Positions 18,324 through 20,000 of a DNA stretch of 20,000 nt are shown here, piece by piece (the first letter of the stretch is position 1; each line of letters starts with the position of its first letter). This stretch comes from Chloroflexota bacterium (GTDB lineage: Bacteria; Chloroflexota; Chloroflexia; QHBQ01): contig JAYUUN010000128.1 in NCBI GenBank assembly GCA_043754535.1, positions 156,946 through 176,945 on the forward strand, read 5' to 3'. Position numbers and translations under genes: made by a program. The notes below the pieces were generated by a model. It worked only from the letters and a program-made list of their open reading frames with translations. It searched no databases and was not told where the DNA came from.

Positions 18324-19417
18324 CCAGTGAAATCACGCTGGGAGAAGCCAAGACCAGGCTCGATCAGATCATCCGCAAGGCGCGGGTGGATTTGTACAAG
18401 CCGATCCAAGTCGCCGAGGTACTGTACCATCTACGAACCGATGCCGACCTAAACATTGATCTGCTTGATGTAGACAGTTACAAAAACCTCTCCCTGAAAT
18501 GGCGCAATGAGGTTACGCGACGGCTACTGGGCAAGGCCTCCACATCCAGCGCACAGTTTCAGCACAACCTCTGGCAGAGCAACGCAATGCCGCCACCGTA
18601 CATAGCACTGCTGCACGGTGCCAACCTGGTGAGCAATGGGGCGGTGGAGCGTTACATCTACCTGAACGTGCAGATGCGGCAGAACACAGTGGCTGGCATG
18701 ATTGCCTTGATAGAGGCTGCTGTTGCTGCCCCTCGGTACTTCAAGCTAGCGACCCTACTGGATATGTTTGTCAGAACACCGGGCATCGCTCGAAGCATAG
18801 ACAAAGCATACGAGATTGTTGTCTATAGTCTGCTGGAGACTGTCGTGACCAGTCTGGGTGCTGAGGTAACAGTAGCTGTAGCAGAGCAGCAGCGACCATT
18901 GCTAAACGATTTTAATGACCTAGCCACAATGTTGCTGGGTCTAAGCACAAATAATGTGTCGCAGCCTACGCCAGCCCACATCTACCGCGTAGGTGTTACC
19001 AACGCAGCAGACCGAGGACTTGATATGTGGGCTAACTTCGGCCTTGCCATTCAAGTAAAGCATCTAACTTTGGACAAGGAGCTAGCCAATCGCATCGTCG
19101 ATCAGGTGGAGAGTGACAGTGTTGTTATTGTCTGCCGCGACAGTGATGAGGCTACAATTCAGGCTGTCATGAAGCAAATAGGCTGGGGCAGGAGAGTACG
19201 TGCAATAATAAGGCAGACAGAGCTAGAAGGATGGTATGACCGCTGCCTTAATGGCGCACACGCTGACACCTTGGCTGAAAAGCTGCTGACTATGCTCCTT
19301 GCCAGCTTCAGGGCTGAGTTCCCGCTTGGCGGTGAGATAGTCAACTTTATGGCCGAACGTGGCTATGACAGTCTCGTTCCACCTGAGCTATGGCAAGCTA
19401 CACCAACCACACTCTAA
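18320..19417 (+). CDS. HaeII-family type II restriction endonuclease
   Basis: GTGA overlap with the MTase stop. N-terminal AKTRLDQIIRKARVDLYKPIQVAEVLY, SIDKAYEIVVYSL, and catalytic-like RVGVTNAADRGLDMWANFGLAIQVKH match my recollection of the HaeII family. Confidence 0.85.
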   Translation: MTSEITLGEAKTRLDQIIRKARVDLYKPIQVAEVLYHLRTDADLNIDLLDVDSYKNLSLKWRNEVTRRLLGKASTSSAQFQHNLWQSNAMPPPYIALLHGANLVSNGAVERYIYLNVQMRQNTVAGMIALIEAAVAAPRYFKLATLLDMFVRTPGIARSIDKAYEIVVYSLLETVVTSLGAEVTVAVAEQQRPLLNDFNDLATMLLGLSTNNVSQPTPAHIYRVGVTNAADRGLDMWANFGLAIQVKHLTLDKELANRIVDQVESDSVVIVCRDSDEATIQAVMKQIGWGRRVRAIIRQTELEGWYDRCLNGAHADTLAEKLLTMLLASFRAEFPLGGEIVNFMAERGYDSLVPPELWQATPTTL

Positions 19418-20000
19418 CCCTCCGCCGCAGGCTCCCGCCCCGCCCAGAACGCCTCTAGCTCGACCCGTAGGCGATGATGCTCGGCCTGCTTGAGGGTTGG
19501 GTCGCTAGCGAACAGCGTCTTCGCCTCGCGGCGGGCCAGTTCTAGCGTCGGTAGGTCGCTGAAGCTAGCCATCTTCAGGTCGCTGAAGCCACTCTGCCGT
19601 GTGCCGAAGAACTGACCCGGCCCCCGCAGCTTGAGGTCGGCCTCGGCTAGTACGAAGCCGTCCTCGCTGCTCTCGATCACCTTCAGCCGCTCCTCGGCGA
19701 TCACCCCCACGCTGTCGGCAAGGAGCATACAGTACGATTGGTGTTCGCCGCGCCCCACCCGCCCACGGAACTGGTGCAACTGCGACAGGCCAAAGCGGTT
19801 GGCCCCCTCGATCATCATCACCGTCGCGTTCGGCACGTCAATGCCCACCTCGACCACCGAGGTGCTAACCAGGATGTCCAACTCGCCCCGGTTGAAGGCT
19901 TGCATGGCGGCTTCCTTCTTGTCCGAGGCCAGGCGGCCATGCACCAGCCCCACCCGCAGGTCGGGGAACACATCGCGCTGCAAGCGTTCGGCCTCCTCCA
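19414..20000 (-). CDS. recG: ATP-dependent DNA helicase RecG, C-terminal part (5' end outside the window)
   Basis: LVHGRL, STSVVEVGIDVPNATVMMIE, RFGLSQLHQFRGRVGRG, DGFVLAEADLKLRGPG.FFGTRQSG. Confidence 0.97.
   Translation of the reverse strand, partial: EEAERLQRDVFPDLRVGLVHGRLASDKKEAAMQAFNRGELDILVSTSVVEVGIDVPNATVMMIEGANRFGLSQLHQFRGRVGRGEHQSYCMLLADSVGVIAEERLKVIESSEDGFVLAEADLKLRGPGQFFGTRQSGFSDLKMASFSDLPTLELARREAKTLFASDPTLKQAEHHRLRVELEAFWAGREPAAEG

Noticed and set aside
17300..19430. Transposon or prophage carrying the R-M genes
   Set aside because: No transposase, integrase, terminal repeats or target-site duplication are visible.

Overview
GC-rich bacterial chromosomal window. Cys-containing C-terminal SLH domains, SBBP and kelch surface proteins and a vWA protein suggest a Chloroflexota (Chloroflexia-like) host, which is an inference. 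From left to right it holds: a partial membrane-protein gene; two tandem ECF sigma / membrane anti-sigma pairs, the second partner carrying three LolA/RseB-like repeats and split by a 1-nt frameshift in a G8 tract; a large SBBP beta-propeller + Pro/Thr repeat + SLH surface protein; a small membrane protein; DUF952 and vWA genes; two hypothetical genes; a kelch-SLH protein; a family-2 glycosyltransferase reading in frame into a C5 cytosine DNA methyltransferase; a HaeII-family restriction endonuclease; and the 3' end of recG. The main points of interest are the GT2-MTase in-frame fusion in a type II R-M locus, and the apparent complete absence of the HaeII site RGCGCY (also GRCGYC and GCCGGC) by manual scan. 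Also notable are CCGG depletion with GCTAGC enrichment, and the frameshifted triple LolA/RseB-fold anti-sigma. Three places look like single-base indels, so assembly error must be excluded. All motif counts are by eye and approximate.
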